Shown here in pieces: positions 44,052-53,578 of a stretch of 64,000 nt of DNA. The notes beneath the pieces were generated by a model. It was not told the DNA's origin and did no database searches. It saw nothing but the letters and a program-made list of their open reading frames with translations. The position numbers and the translations under genes are program-made. The stretch is from a virus. Each line of letters starts with the position of its first letter. The stretch's first letter is position 1. The stretch covers positions 122,106 through 186,105 of the IMG/VR virus record IMGVR_UViG_3300032267_001142. One strand, given 5' to 3'.

Positions 44052-44960
44052 ATGTCCAAGTATAACTGTGGTAAAGTCATCATCGGATGTGACCCCGAAA
44101 TGGGCGTCACGCGAGCGCGCAAGAATTTCACGGAGGCAATGTGGGGAGTCATCGAAGCGAGGGACAGCGGCGTGACAAATTCCAGCCCGTTCGGCCTTGA
44201 CGGCTGCGAACGTATCTTTGAGCTTCGCCCTAAGCAGTCGCTCGACCCGCTTCAAGTTGTGGCGAATATCAAGACGCTACTCCATGAGCGCGTTCAGAAG
44301 GTTCCCGAAATCACTTCCGTTCAGTGGAAGGCGGGTAGCCGAGTTGACAACGAGCCGATTGGCGGACATATCCACGTCTGCGCTGAAAGCGCAACTGACA
44401 AGACTACGATTCGCGAGTATATCCCGAACGGGTTCATGCTGTTCCTCGCACCTATCGTCGGGCTGCTCGAAGCTCCCTCGGAAGCGCGGTTCCGTCGCGG
44501 CAGTCGCTCAGGCTACGGAAAGGCACTTGATATTCGTCGCCCCGACCACGGTGGTATCGAATACCGCTATCCGAGTTCTTGGATTACCTCGCCAATCATC
44601 GCGGCGGGTATTCTTACTCTGGCGAAGTTTATCGCCGAGGATATCGTCGCCAATCGCAGCGCGTCGCCTTTCGTAAAGCATTACGAAGGTTTTGACCAAG
44701 AAGCGCTGGAGGTAATCAACCGCGACAAGCTCAAGAGCATGTATGCTACAGTGCGGTCGATTATCGAGCAGAACGCAAATTACGCTTTCTACAAGGCGCA
44801 TATCAGTCCGCTCTTCGCGATTATCGACGCTGGCAAGTCTTGGTTCCCGAAAATCGGAATGCTCCAAGCTTGGGGAATCTCCCCGTCGCGGGCTCGCGCA
44901 TTCAAAGCGCCGCTACAGCAAAAAACTGGCACCGCTCTGCTTGCCGAGTTCGGATTCTAG
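44052..44960 (+). CDS. phiEco32-like COOH.NH2 ligase type 2
   Basis: IGCDPEM, FELRP, IGGHIH, GIEYR. Confidence 0.8.
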   Translation: MSKYNCGKVIIGCDPEMGVTRARKNFTEAMWGVIEARDSGVTNSSPFGLDGCERIFELRPKQSLDPLQVVANIKTLLHERVQKVPEITSVQWKAGSRVDNEPIGGHIHVCAESATDKTTIREYIPNGFMLFLAPIVGLLEAPSEARFRRGSRSGYGKALDIRRPDHGGIEYRYPSSWITSPIIAAGILTLAKFIAEDIVANRSASPFVKHYEGFDQEALEVINRDKLKSMYATVRSIIEQNANYAFYKAHISPLFAIIDAGKSWFPKIGMLQAWGISPSRARAFKAPLQQKTGTALLAEFGF

Positions 44961-44995
44961 TCGCCAAAAACGAAAACCTTAGTATTCTCATCACC

Positions 44996-45412
44996 ATGAT
45001 TACATTCACTACCGCAGACTTCAATCTTGCCGCAATCCACAAAGCGTCCAAGCTCAACAAGGCGCTCATCCGAAATACCTACAACCTTTTCGGATTGGCG
45101 AACCATCAGGCAAATCCGCCCGTCATCATCGAAATCAATCCCGAAACCGGAATGAATTACGGGCGAGCGCTTGAAATCCTGAGCAATTCAGGTATCGCCT
45201 ACCGCATCGACGAAGAGGATTACGTCGGCACGCGTGAGGTTCGCATCGGTCTCCGCAAGGATGTGCGCGAGAATGTCAAGCTGTCCGCAGCAATCGCCGC
45301 CATCGTGGTTTACGAGGGCGAGGGTCGCCTTGGCTCGTATTATGACGCGAAGTTCAAGGGCGTTTCCTTTCCAGAAGTCTACGGCTCCGCTACCACAGGC
45401 ACGACGGCATAA
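44996..45412 (+). CDS. Hypothetical protein
   Basis: ATG at 44996; within the amidoligase cluster. Confidence 0.55.
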   Translation: MITFTTADFNLAAIHKASKLNKALIRNTYNLFGLANHQANPPVIIEINPETGMNYGRALEILSNSGIAYRIDEEDYVGTREVRIGLRKDVRENVKLSAAIAAIVVYEGEGRLGSYYDAKFKGVSFPEVYGSATTGTTA

Positions 45413-45483
45413 AGCCCAGTCGTAAAAGATAAGAAAGTGTGCCGAATCTTGGATTCGGCACACTTTCCAGTGTAAAGTTGGTG

Positions 45484-45984
45484 ATGACTCCTATCACGCC
45501 AACCAAAACCTGTCAGATTTGTCAATCTGTAAAGTCTCTTAATTTATTCGCTAGACACGTCAATAACAGCCTCCGACGTATGTGTAGAGAATGCTGGGAG
45601 GTTCATACTCCGCAAGAACAAAAAGATAAATTCTTTCTCAAGAAAGAACAGCGAAAAACCGCAGAACGGGACTGGCATAGAAATAATATCGAACGAACTA
45701 TTTGGAAAGGAGCGAAGCACAGGGCCAAAAAGCAAGGAGTGCCTTTCAATATCGAGATTTGTGATATTGACATTCCTGAATACTGCCCCATACTTGGGTT
45801 GAAGTTAGCGCAAAGTGAAGGGAAAACCAGCGGTTGCTCGCCTTCACTTGATAAAATAGTCCCGTCTAAAGGTTACGTCAAGGGAAACATACAGATAATT
45901 AGTTGGAAAGCTAATTCCTTAAAAAAAGACGCCACTTTAGAAGAACTCGAAAAAATTTCAGACTACATCAGGAAAAACTCTTGA
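45484..45984 (+). CDS. HNH endonuclease
   Basis: CPILG..PSLDKIVPSKGYVKGNIQIISWKANSLK; GTGTAAA-N7-ATG. Confidence 0.85.
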   Translation: MTPITPTKTCQICQSVKSLNLFARHVNNSLRRMCRECWEVHTPQEQKDKFFLKKEQRKTAERDWHRNNIERTIWKGAKHRAKKQGVPFNIEICDIDIPEYCPILGLKLAQSEGKTSGCSPSLDKIVPSKGYVKGNIQIISWKANSLKKDATLEELEKISDYIRKNS

Positions 45985-46068
45985 TGAAATCGAAAACGCT
46001 GTTAGGCTAAAAAAGTCAAGCAGTCACCACAAACAAAAAACACAAAAAGAAAGGTTAGGGTTAATTAT

Positions 46069-46896
46069 ATCTGTCGCATCGCCATTTTTCCTCCGAACAC
46101 CACCAAAGAGCAAGCCATTAGCGTTCTCCGTAACTTCTACGGCAACAATTCTGATGGCGTCGGAACAGTCTATGTCAAAGACGGGCAGTTCGTCGTCAAC
46201 AAGACTCCGCTGTCGCTTCCCCAAGCAATCCTCCAAGAGTTCCCGCTGTTCGCCCACATGCCTCACGATGGCTGGACGCTCGCCCATCTTCGTGCCGCGT
46301 CTCATGGCGAGGTCGAACACCGCAATACGCACCCGTTCGTCGTCGGCAACTTCGCTTACATCCATAACGGGGTTTGGAGCGATTACGAAATCGCTAGCAA
46401 CCTGCTCAAGTCATTCGGCACCAAGTTCACAGGAGAAACCGACAGCGAAGTCGCCGCGCATTATATGAATCGCATCGGCAAAGAGCGGTTCATCGACACG
46501 GTGGGTAACAGCGGCGTGTGGGCACGCCTGCATATCAACGGCAGCGTTGAACTGGTGAAGACTAGCGGTGATTTGGAAGCCGCAAAGTTGGAATCTGGCG
46601 CGGTCATTCTCGCTTCGACTCTCAACTCTTCCAAGTATCCCAGCGCCAAGGAAACCTTCAAGGGGTGGATTCGGTTCGATGCTACGGGCCGATATGTCAA
46701 TCATCGCTTGACGCGCCCTAACAAGGGATTCGGGAGTCTCGGCGAGTATCCCGCTATCGCCAACACGGGACTCAAGGATTTCTGTCTGCCCTATCAGCTT
46801 ACTCGGCTTCCGGTAGCTGCAAAAAGCTATCCCCGCTATCAGAGCGGTTCAACCAAAGGTCCGCTTGATTACCTGAATCTCGGCGGCTACCACTAA
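46069..46896 (+). CDS. Class II glutamine amidotransferase (Ntn), apparent ATC start
   Basis: CRIA N-terminus, NSDGVG, HLRAAS, NTHPF, HNG, TDSE. Confidence 0.8.
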   Translation: MCRIAIFPPNTTKEQAISVLRNFYGNNSDGVGTVYVKDGQFVVNKTPLSLPQAILQEFPLFAHMPHDGWTLAHLRAASHGEVEHRNTHPFVVGNFAYIHNGVWSDYEIASNLLKSFGTKFTGETDSEVAAHYMNRIGKERFIDTVGNSGVWARLHINGSVELVKTSGDLEAAKLESGAVILASTLNSSKYPSAKETFKGWIRFDATGRYVNHRLTRPNKGFGSLGEYPAIANTGLKDFCLPYQLTRLPVAAKSYPRYQSGSTKGPLDYLNLGGYH

Positions 46897-46928
46897 ATTA
46901 TCAGACTCAGCTTACTAAAAACAACACC

Positions 46929-47651
46929 ATGAAAACCTTCATCGTTACCTGTCAGAGTGAATACGAATCGGCTAGCTCCCTCGGCCTGCCTTGCACAGTT
47001 TGGGACATGCACGAGGATTATCGCAAAGACAAAGACCTTCTCATCCGCTGGGGTGCCAGCGGAGAAGAGAGCGAAGACGTTGGAGCGTTTCACGTCGCCA
47101 ACCCTTCTAAGGCGATTGCCGCTAACGTCCGCAAGTTGAACGCAATCCGCATCTTGGCCCGCGTTGTGGACACGCCAAAGCTCTTCTCTGGCAGTGTTCC
47201 GGCAGGAGTCAAGGTCGTGTATCGTCCTACGCGTCACTCGGCTGGAAAAGGATTCGGCGTAAAGGTGGGACCGTTCCGCATCGAATACGCGCACTACGCT
47301 ACGGAATACATCAAAACCGATACGGAAGTGCGCGCATGGTTCTCTCCCTTCGGTATCATGGTCGGTAAGCGCGTCGCACTGGCTCGCCTGAAACAGACTA
47401 GCAACGTCGAGCATCCTTGCCGTTCCGAATGGGGTTATAGTTTCATCACTAAGCCACGAGGTCTCGAAGAGCAAGTAATGAAGGCAGCTAAGGAAATTGG
47501 CCTGCACTTCGGCGCTGCCGACATTCTGATTCACGAAGGCAAGTATTACTTCTTGGAGCTTAACTCTGCGCCCTCCGTGGACTGCCGAGCGGTTCGTGAA
47601 TTTTATCAGCGAGCCATCGAACGCTACGCTTCTTCCTTGAAGCCTCAGTAA
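46929..47651 (+). CDS. ATP-grasp (RimK-like) ligase
   Basis: LIRWG, EVRAW, FGAADI, FLELNSAP. Confidence 0.8.
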   Translation: MKTFIVTCQSEYESASSLGLPCTVWDMHEDYRKDKDLLIRWGASGEESEDVGAFHVANPSKAIAANVRKLNAIRILARVVDTPKLFSGSVPAGVKVVYRPTRHSAGKGFGVKVGPFRIEYAHYATEYIKTDTEVRAWFSPFGIMVGKRVALARLKQTSNVEHPCRSEWGYSFITKPRGLEEQVMKAAKEIGLHFGAADILIHEGKYYFLELNSAPSVDCRAVREFYQRAIERYASSLKPQ

Positions 47652-47672
47652 AAGCGGATAGGCTTCTCTTAT

Positions 47673-48098
47673 ATGAGTACCACCAAATCCAAGATTCCGA
47701 GTTTCAAACAAGTAAAAGCGATTTTCACGCTCTCGGAGGTTCCCGTTATCTCCTATTGCTTGCACAAGAACAAGAAGTGTGGCGACTATTGGGAAGTGGT
47801 CACTGGATACGGACCTGTAGAGATTCACTGTAACAGCGGTGGCCTGCTGCTCAAGTGGGAGCGCTCTAGCCTGAAATCTTTGAAAGGCAAAAGTCAAGGT
47901 GTCTGGCAATGGGAGCGAAACTCGGGCTTGATAGGCTACCGCTGTGCGGTATGCGCGGAATGGAATGAGTTTGGTGGGCGCGGCCCGCGTGGCGGATGCA
48001 AGTGCGGATATCAGAAAATCTATCACCAAATGTCAACGAATGTGTCCGGTTTGGTCAGCCTGATTCTCGGTATCAAAAAAGGGGGTGGCTGCATCTAG
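47673..48098 (+). CDS. Hypothetical protein
   Basis: ORF. Confidence 0.5.
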   Translation: MSTTKSKIPSFKQVKAIFTLSEVPVISYCLHKNKKCGDYWEVVTGYGPVEIHCNSGGLLLKWERSSLKSLKGKSQGVWQWERNSGLIGYRCAVCAEWNEFGGRGPRGGCKCGYQKIYHQMSTNVSGLVSLILGIKKGGGCI

Positions 48099-48354
48099 TC
48101 AGATTACTGAACCCGCAAAACTGGCAAGCGAACACGTCTTCACTATTCAGCGCTGCGTACAATCGAGTCTTAAAGAGCTGGAAAAGCTGCACTGGAGCGT
48201 CTTGCCCTTTATGAAGGCTAAAGGTAAATCCGCCAAGGCGGCACAATTTGCGGCTCTTGAAGAAATCCGCAAACAAGAACGCGCTATTGAGTCCGCAATG
48301 GAGGCTATCTCGGCACTATATTCTTCGCAATTTCCAGACGAAATTGAGGAATGA
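48085..48354 (+). CDS. Hypothetical coiled-coil protein
   Basis: ORF. Confidence 0.45.
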   Translation: MAASSQITEPAKLASEHVFTIQRCVQSSLKELEKLHWSVLPFMKAKGKSAKAAQFAALEEIRKQERAIESAMEAISALYSSQFPDEIEE

Positions 48355-48629
48355 TAAAACCTAAAAGCGCTAACTCTATTGAAGAGCTTCGCGTAAGCGA
48401 CACAGTTGAGTTTCTTAAAGAAAAGTGGGAAGCTGCCCACCCTACTAGGAATGATAATGAACGGGGATTCTTTATGAAGGTCCGCGAGTTATCTAACTTG
48501 CGTCCGAATCCCACTTTCAGAGGCATTTATCTGACTCAGCCGTCATCGACAAAACAGAGATTGCTTGGGACGTTATCGAACTGGATGAACCCTAGATACT
48601 TCAAAAAGACGCTGGACTTCCAGCAATAA
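48351..48629 (+). CDS. Small protein, MIKP N-terminus
   Basis: ATGA coupling. Confidence 0.55.
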   Translation: MIKPKSANSIEELRVSDTVEFLKEKWEAAHPTRNDNERGFFMKVRELSNLRPNPTFRGIYLTQPSSTKQRLLGTLSNWMNPRYFKKTLDFQQ

Positions 48630-48646
48630 CAGTATAAAAAAGAACC

Positions 48647-49105
48647 ATGTCTTACAGACTCAACCTACTGCACCCGCCGAAAACCCCAATCAAAAAGCCC
48701 GTCGCGAAAGCCCCGCTTTATACGTGCCCTATTGGATGGTGGTCGGTCTCTACCGACGGGGACGTAGAAGGAAGGACTACGAGAGAGCTTGGTCAGTTTT
48801 ACGGACACATTGCGGAGATTGCCTTTTCTCTTGCAGACAAAGTTTTTTACTCTATACGGTTCAGCCCCGTAGCTGATGAGTGTATTCGCAGTGTTCCTAA
48901 AGAACGCCCTCAGTATCAGGCGAAAAAGTCTGCTGTATGGGTATCTTTGGGCATCCAGTCGGGCACTTGGGAGATGAATCCAGAAAGGCGTGCCGAATGG
49001 ATGGCGTTCTTCCTGAATTGCCGAGACGAAGTATCTGTAGAATCTCACGAACGAGGCGCTGTCTATTACGCCGCTTCATATCTCATATTACGCGAAAATG
49101 ATTAA
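48647..49105 (+). CDS. Hypothetical protein
   Basis: WWSVSTDGDVEGRTTRELG.FYGHI.EIAF. Confidence 0.6.
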   Translation: MSYRLNLLHPPKTPIKKPVAKAPLYTCPIGWWSVSTDGDVEGRTTRELGQFYGHIAEIAFSLADKVFYSIRFSPVADECIRSVPKERPQYQAKKSAVWVSLGIQSGTWEMNPERRAEWMAFFLNCRDEVSVESHERGAVYYAASYLILREND

Positions 49106-49457
49106 ACCTGCCAGTCATTCAGTCACTCAGCGTTGCAACCGTCAGAATACTTCGGTTGGTGATATCGTCACCTTTTTGAATAATAAATATAACGGTTCTG
49201 GAGCTTTTGATGCGCTAGTCATTAGCGGAGTTGACAGCAGCTTGGATTTCAAGGGGTTCGTGATTTCTTCCGCGAATAGGTTCCATTGTGTCGGAACCAA
49301 AGTCGATAATTTTAACGCGATGTTTTTTAGGATAAAAGAAACGTCTTCCAAGAAGCTCTGGCATCCCGAACAGAAGCCGGAAGAGATTTATCTAGGCAAC
49401 CTTTGTGAACGTAGCCGAACGGGTGTCGCTGGTGGTCGCTCAGGCAGGGTCAAGTAG
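49098..49457 (+). CDS. Small protein, MIKP N-terminus
   Basis: ORF. Confidence 0.5.
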   Translation: MIKPASHSVTQRCNRQNTSVGDIVTFLNNKYNGSGAFDALVISGVDSSLDFKGFVISSANRFHCVGTKVDNFNAMFFRIKETSSKKLWHPEQKPEEIYLGNLCERSRTGVAGGRSGRVK

Positions 49458-49646
49458 CTCTCGGTGCGGACGGTTCGCCGCTGCGCCAAATCTATCGCGA
49501 TACATTTCCGGCATTCGTTTTGAAATCTGAAATTCGTAGTGCTATTTCTTTCGGGAGTTATGACGGCGCAAAGACCTTAGCGGAAATGTTGCGCAAAGGT
49601 TCAATCTAAGGTTGACCGCAGCCAACACCCTGATATTCTCTAAAAC

Positions 49647-49919
49647 ATGAACTATAGCAAAACATTCCGCAAATCATCCGATTACGTTCCGAATCCAGCC
49701 GCCGACACGGTAATCTTTATTTTTCTGTTCGTCCTTTGTCTGTGGCTGGTGCCATATACACTGAATTTCTGGCTCGGCTACGCTGGTAAGGCTCAGTCCG
49801 TAAACTTCATTCATGGAACGGTAGCGTTCGCGATTCTTGAGTTTCTCGGCGCGAAATCTCGCCTGTTCGTGTTGGTTTTTCTGCCGTGCGCGACTTGGGT
49901 CGCCTCGCTTTTTCTGTAA
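49647..49919 (+). CDS. Membrane protein
   Basis: Three hydrophobic segments; leaderless promoter at 49612. Confidence 0.6.
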   Translation: MNYSKTFRKSSDYVPNPAADTVIFIFLFVLCLWLVPYTLNFWLGYAGKAQSVNFIHGTVAFAILEFLGAKSRLFVLVFLPCATWVASLFL

Positions 49920-49961
49920 GCGATAGCTTGACGCGGCGCAACACTCAGCTACCGTCTAGGA

Positions 49962-50651
49962 ATGACACGAGACCCTCTCAAGCTAAAATCCCTGTCTGAT
50001 TTCTCAGTTCTGGACGCTCCAGATTTCATCGGACCTTACAATCCGAGAGTGCCCGAGAAAGAGCAAATGATTCTTCGGATGCTCGTTTGTCCGAAATACG
50101 GAACGCTTCGGATTCCCCAAGAGCTATCGTGGCTCAGCGGCGCTATCGAAACAATCTCAGAACACGACAAAGCAGTAACCGGCATTGCCGATAGCTGGTG
50201 CTACGTTACAGTCCGTCATGGCAAAGTCAAGTCAACAACAGATGACGAATGGCACTTCGACGGAGCCTCTTTTCGAGTCGAGCATATTCCCGAAAGGAAT
50301 TACATTTGGTCAAGCGCGGACCCGACAGAATACAAAACGGGAAAGCTCAGTATCCCCGAAGATTTCGACCCAATGCGGCACCATCTCTTTAAGCTCGCAG
50401 AAGCGCAGACAAAAGACGAGCCAATCAAGACGATTAAAGCTCGATGCTGGTATCGGCTCTCGCCGTTCTGTCTCCACCGCAGGCCGACAATCAATCACGA
50501 TGGAATCCGCACTTTTATTCGTGTATCTTTCACGGACATCGAGATTCGGGACGTAAATAATACGCAGAACCCGCTAATTCCAACTAACGCCTACGGAAGA
50601 GACGCCGTTAAAGCGTTTCGCAAGCAGCTTCAAGAATATCCAAATGGTTAA
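49962..50651 (+). CDS. 2OG-Fe(II) oxygenase-like protein
   Basis: WHFDG (HxD) ... LHRRP ... RTFIRVS. Confidence 0.55.
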   Translation: MTRDPLKLKSLSDFSVLDAPDFIGPYNPRVPEKEQMILRMLVCPKYGTLRIPQELSWLSGAIETISEHDKAVTGIADSWCYVTVRHGKVKSTTDDEWHFDGASFRVEHIPERNYIWSSADPTEYKTGKLSIPEDFDPMRHHLFKLAEAQTKDEPIKTIKARCWYRLSPFCLHRRPTINHDGIRTFIRVSFTDIEIRDVNNTQNPLIPTNAYGRDAVKAFRKQLQEYPNG

Positions 50652-50922
50652 ACCCAAGAAACAAGAGTTCTACGAACGCGTTTACGATAGGATTTCGCGA
50701 GCGCGGGACGGGCTGCGTCGATATATTCCCTCGCGGACGATGACGCGCTTGCACCTCTCTAGTTTGAAAATCGTTTTTCATGCAGCTTTGCGACGCAGGG
50801 AGCATAGGACGGCGAATCGAATTATCAGAATCGTCTTCGACGCCAGCCTGTTCCATCCATGCGCGGACATGCTGAAAGAATCTCTCAAAATGATGACTTG
50901 CCTTAGAGCGAACCTCTGGTAG
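50644..50922 (+). CDS. Small protein, MVKP N-terminus
   Basis: ORF. Confidence 0.45.
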   Translation: MVKPKKQEFYERVYDRISRARDGLRRYIPSRTMTRLHLSSLKIVFHAALRRREHRTANRIIRIVFDASLFHPCADMLKESLKMMTCLRANLW

Positions 50923-50931
50923 AGTAGCGAC

Positions 50932-51189
50932 ATGAAGATTTCCAGACACGAGCGGCTGCTAAAGCTAGCCATTCATAAAATCAAAAAGCACGACGGGCGC
51001 GTTTGGTGCGGCTATTTGACGCCGTGTGAAATCAGGGCTCTCGTTCGTGTCGGCGTAATCTTTAGGTATAGCCACGAAGACACCGTGCGGCGAATCGACA
51101 GCGAAATCAAAAAGGGCTTATGTTCGCCTACTTGGTTTTATTTTCAGCTTTCTAAACCGCTCGCAAAAAAAGTAGGAGCAGAAGTCTAA
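50932..51189 (+). CDS. Hypothetical protein
   Basis: ORF. Confidence 0.5.
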   Translation: MKISRHERLLKLAIHKIKKHDGRVWCGYLTPCEIRALVRVGVIFRYSHEDTVRRIDSEIKKGLCSPTWFYFQLSKPLAKKVGAEV

Positions 51190-51193
51190 AAAT

Positions 51194-51442
51194 ATGCCTA
51201 TATCTCCAAACATCCACGACGGAAAGCACCCGCGCTTCAAAATTCAGCGAGTAATCGACGGCAAGCTTACCTCCGCGCTTCATGCAGCGCCGACTCAGGA
51301 CGCCATTGTTATCGTTTTGCCCGATTGGGCGAAAGTCTCCAAAGGTGTGATGAGCAGACTCGCGAAGGCTTATCAAAATCTCGGATGGGCGAGCGTCGAA
51401 GCTGACGCTACTGGACTCGTTCTGACATTCAAGAAACCTTAG
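51194..51442 (+). CDS. Hypothetical protein (similar to 54994-55242)
   Basis: LPDW..S.GV..RLAKAYQNLGW vs LPDKISQGTYNKLRDEYRKAGW. Confidence 0.5.
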   Translation: MPISPNIHDGKHPRFKIQRVIDGKLTSALHAAPTQDAIVIVLPDWAKVSKGVMSRLAKAYQNLGWASVEADATGLVLTFKKP

Positions 51443-51446
51443 TAAA

Positions 51447-51722
51447 ATGGTAAAGGCCAAAAAACTCAACACAGAATTGCCAAATGGTTGTTCTTGGCAC
51501 AATCCTTCCGGTTTGACACCTGAGCAAGTTGGGGAAGGATGGCGTCTGTGTCTGAAAGAAGAGCCGGGTATTATTGATTGCTGTCAGTTTTACGATGATT
51601 GGGACAGAAGTTGGTCATCTACTAATACCTATAGCAAATACGGACTTGACAGGGGAAAATATGGCACCCTGCGCGTCCGTAACTACCGCCCGTTCATGCT
51701 TCGGAAGGAGAAAAATGATTAA
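51447..51722 (+). CDS. WHNP-family small protein 1
   Basis: GCSWHNP.GLT..VGEGWRLCLKEEP. Confidence 0.65.
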   Translation: MVKAKKLNTELPNGCSWHNPSGLTPEQVGEGWRLCLKEEPGIIDCCQFYDDWDRSWSSTNTYSKYGLDRGKYGTLRVRNYRPFMLRKEKND

Positions 51723-51984
51723 ACCGTTTCAAAACAAACCCCGTCCTACACCACCCGAAGGATGCTCATGGCATAATCCATTGAATCTCTCGGATGAGAC
51801 TTTAGGAGAAGGATACCGTTTTCTACTCAAAGAAGAGCCTAACTTAGTCCAGCGCTCGCAATACTGGCAAGCTAAGACGGGGAGATGGTCCGATGTAGCT
51901 CAGTGGCGAAAATATGGGCTTAATGTTGATGACTGCGGGACGCTTCGAGTAAAATCCAGTAGACCGTTCTTACTGCCGAAATGA
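51715..51984 (+). CDS. WHNP-family small protein 2
   Basis: EGCSWHNPLNL..LGEGYRFLLKEEP. Confidence 0.65.
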   Translation: MIKPFQNKPRPTPPEGCSWHNPLNLSDETLGEGYRFLLKEEPNLVQRSQYWQAKTGRWSDVAQWRKYGLNVDDCGTLRVKSSRPFLLPK

Positions 51985-52208
51985 TTAAAAAACCCAACAT
52001 AGGCTATCCAGTTCCGCCCGAAGGACATAAGTGGCACAACCCGCTTCATCTTACTTCATCAAAGGTAGGAAAAGGATACCGCCTCTGTTTACAGAAGGAG
52101 CCTAACAGTATTCCTGAAAGTCAGTATTGGGATGGCGAACGGTGGTCCCGCATCGACAGGTTCCTGCATCTCGCCCTTTCGTGTTGCCTCCCAAGTAAAC
52201 CGCGCTAA
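51981..52208 (+). pseudogene. WHNP-family small protein 3, internal deletion plus frameshift
   Basis: Paralog C-terminus SRPFVLPPK* lies in the -1 frame (52169-52198). Confidence 0.55.
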
Positions 52209-52217
52209 GCTCTTCAC

Positions 52218-52550
52218 ATGCACAACTTCAAAAAGACCGCCGCCATGCGATTCCAGCGAAACAACGTCGCCGTCTTCACTCAGCGAGTGGAGGTTTACAT
52301 TCCGAAATCTTTTCTCGCGTGCTTGGCGCGTTTGGGATTTAGGCAGGAGAGTGGAAAGCGCGAGGGTTTTTGCTGGAGGCGCGATGTGAAATTCAGAAGT
52401 TCGGCCACCCAAAAGGTATACATCGACTTTGAAGAACGCACCATTCGTTTGAAGTTCATCGACGGGAAAGGTGTGGAGTTCGATGGAATGAGGTTCCCGA
52501 ATTTCTCCGCTTTTTGCCGGAATGTCGATATTCGGTCGATGAAAAAGTAA
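52218..52550 (+). CDS. Hypothetical protein
   Basis: ORF. Confidence 0.5.
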   Translation: MHNFKKTAAMRFQRNNVAVFTQRVEVYIPKSFLACLARLGFRQESGKREGFCWRRDVKFRSSATQKVYIDFEERTIRLKFIDGKGVEFDGMRFPNFSAFCRNVDIRSMKK

Positions 52551-52832
52551 ATGGACCGGCCTCCGTATCAAAAATACACGCCCCTCATGTGTATCAGAAC
52601 GCTTATCAAAGACGGCAACGTCCTGCTGAGCGAGGGGGTCGTCTATTACGTGGGTTGGAGTTTCATCACCGAATCGGACCCCAAAGACCCAAGGATTCTC
52701 GTCAGTATTACGACGCTTCCGAACAAAATCGGAGGATTTCACGTATTTGACAGCACCTATTTCGCAAAGTATCGGCCCACCCGTTCATACAGTGAACATA
52801 AACTAAAACCCTTGGCGTGGCCGCACTTTTAG
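52551..52832 (+). CDS. Hypothetical protein
   Basis: ORF. Confidence 0.5.
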   Translation: MDRPPYQKYTPLMCIRTLIKDGNVLLSEGVVYYVGWSFITESDPKDPRILVSITTLPNKIGGFHVFDSTYFAKYRPTRSYSEHKLKPLAWPHF

Positions 52833-52894
52833 GAAGACTCGATGACACGATAGAACAAGATTGACGACAGAGAATAACCCGCTATTCTGTATCC

Positions 52895-53137
52895 ATGTTC
52901 AAGAAAACTCTATGGGTCCGCGCCTTTGGTCGCAAACAAGAATGGGAACGCACTCAGGTTCTCGAATGTCGATATAGCTTTTGTGGCTTCACTTTCTGGA
53001 AAAAGGAGATTGACCGCGAGACGGTTCCTTCTCATGTCGCAATCGAGGTCGCATGTCTCGGCGGCACCGCATGGCGAAGCAAATTCTCAGGCATCGGCGC
53101 TCTGACGAATCGTTATGGCAAAATCGTAAAGTTCTAA
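52895..53137 (+). CDS. Hypothetical protein
   Basis: Leaderless promoter TTGACG-N16-TATTCT-N6-ATG. Confidence 0.6.
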   Translation: MFKKTLWVRAFGRKQEWERTQVLECRYSFCGFTFWKKEIDRETVPSHVAIEVACLGGTAWRSKFSGIGALTNRYGKIVKF

Positions 53138-53160
53138 ATCCCTTAAACCTCCTACTTAAT

Positions 53161-53577
53161 ATGCACATCGCCTACTCCATCATCGCCCTAGTCTTCGCCA
53201 CTTTAGCGGTTGCGTCCTCTTATGCTTACGCTAGTCGCTGCCATCGCCGTAATGAATTAGCGTGGAAAGCCTTCGATATAAGCAGCGAAGATAATGAAGA
53301 GCTTTGCCGAATAATTGATTCTCAAGACCGGCGTATTCAACAACTTGAAAACGGCGAGCCGCATGATTTGTCTCGGTTTATTTCAGAGGTCGAAGCTTCA
53401 TACTTTCGCTCAGCCTACGACACCGGAGCCAATTTAAATGCTCTGCTTATTTGGAATCTCGTGCGCGAAAATGCCGGTCTACCAAGGCTAAAACTCACGG
53501 ACCTACCAGCTTATTGCGTTACTTGCAACAGTTATCATGTGAATCCTCACAAGACCGCAGACTCAGTAGCAGCTTAA
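53161..53577 (+). CDS. Hypothetical protein with N-terminal TM/signal segment
   Basis: ATG at 53161. Confidence 0.5.
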   Translation: MHIAYSIIALVFATLAVASSYAYASRCHRRNELAWKAFDISSEDNEELCRIIDSQDRRIQQLENGEPHDLSRFISEVEASYFRSAYDTGANLNALLIWNLVRENAGLPRLKLTDLPAYCVTCNSYHVNPHKTADSVAA

Positions 53578-53578
53578 C

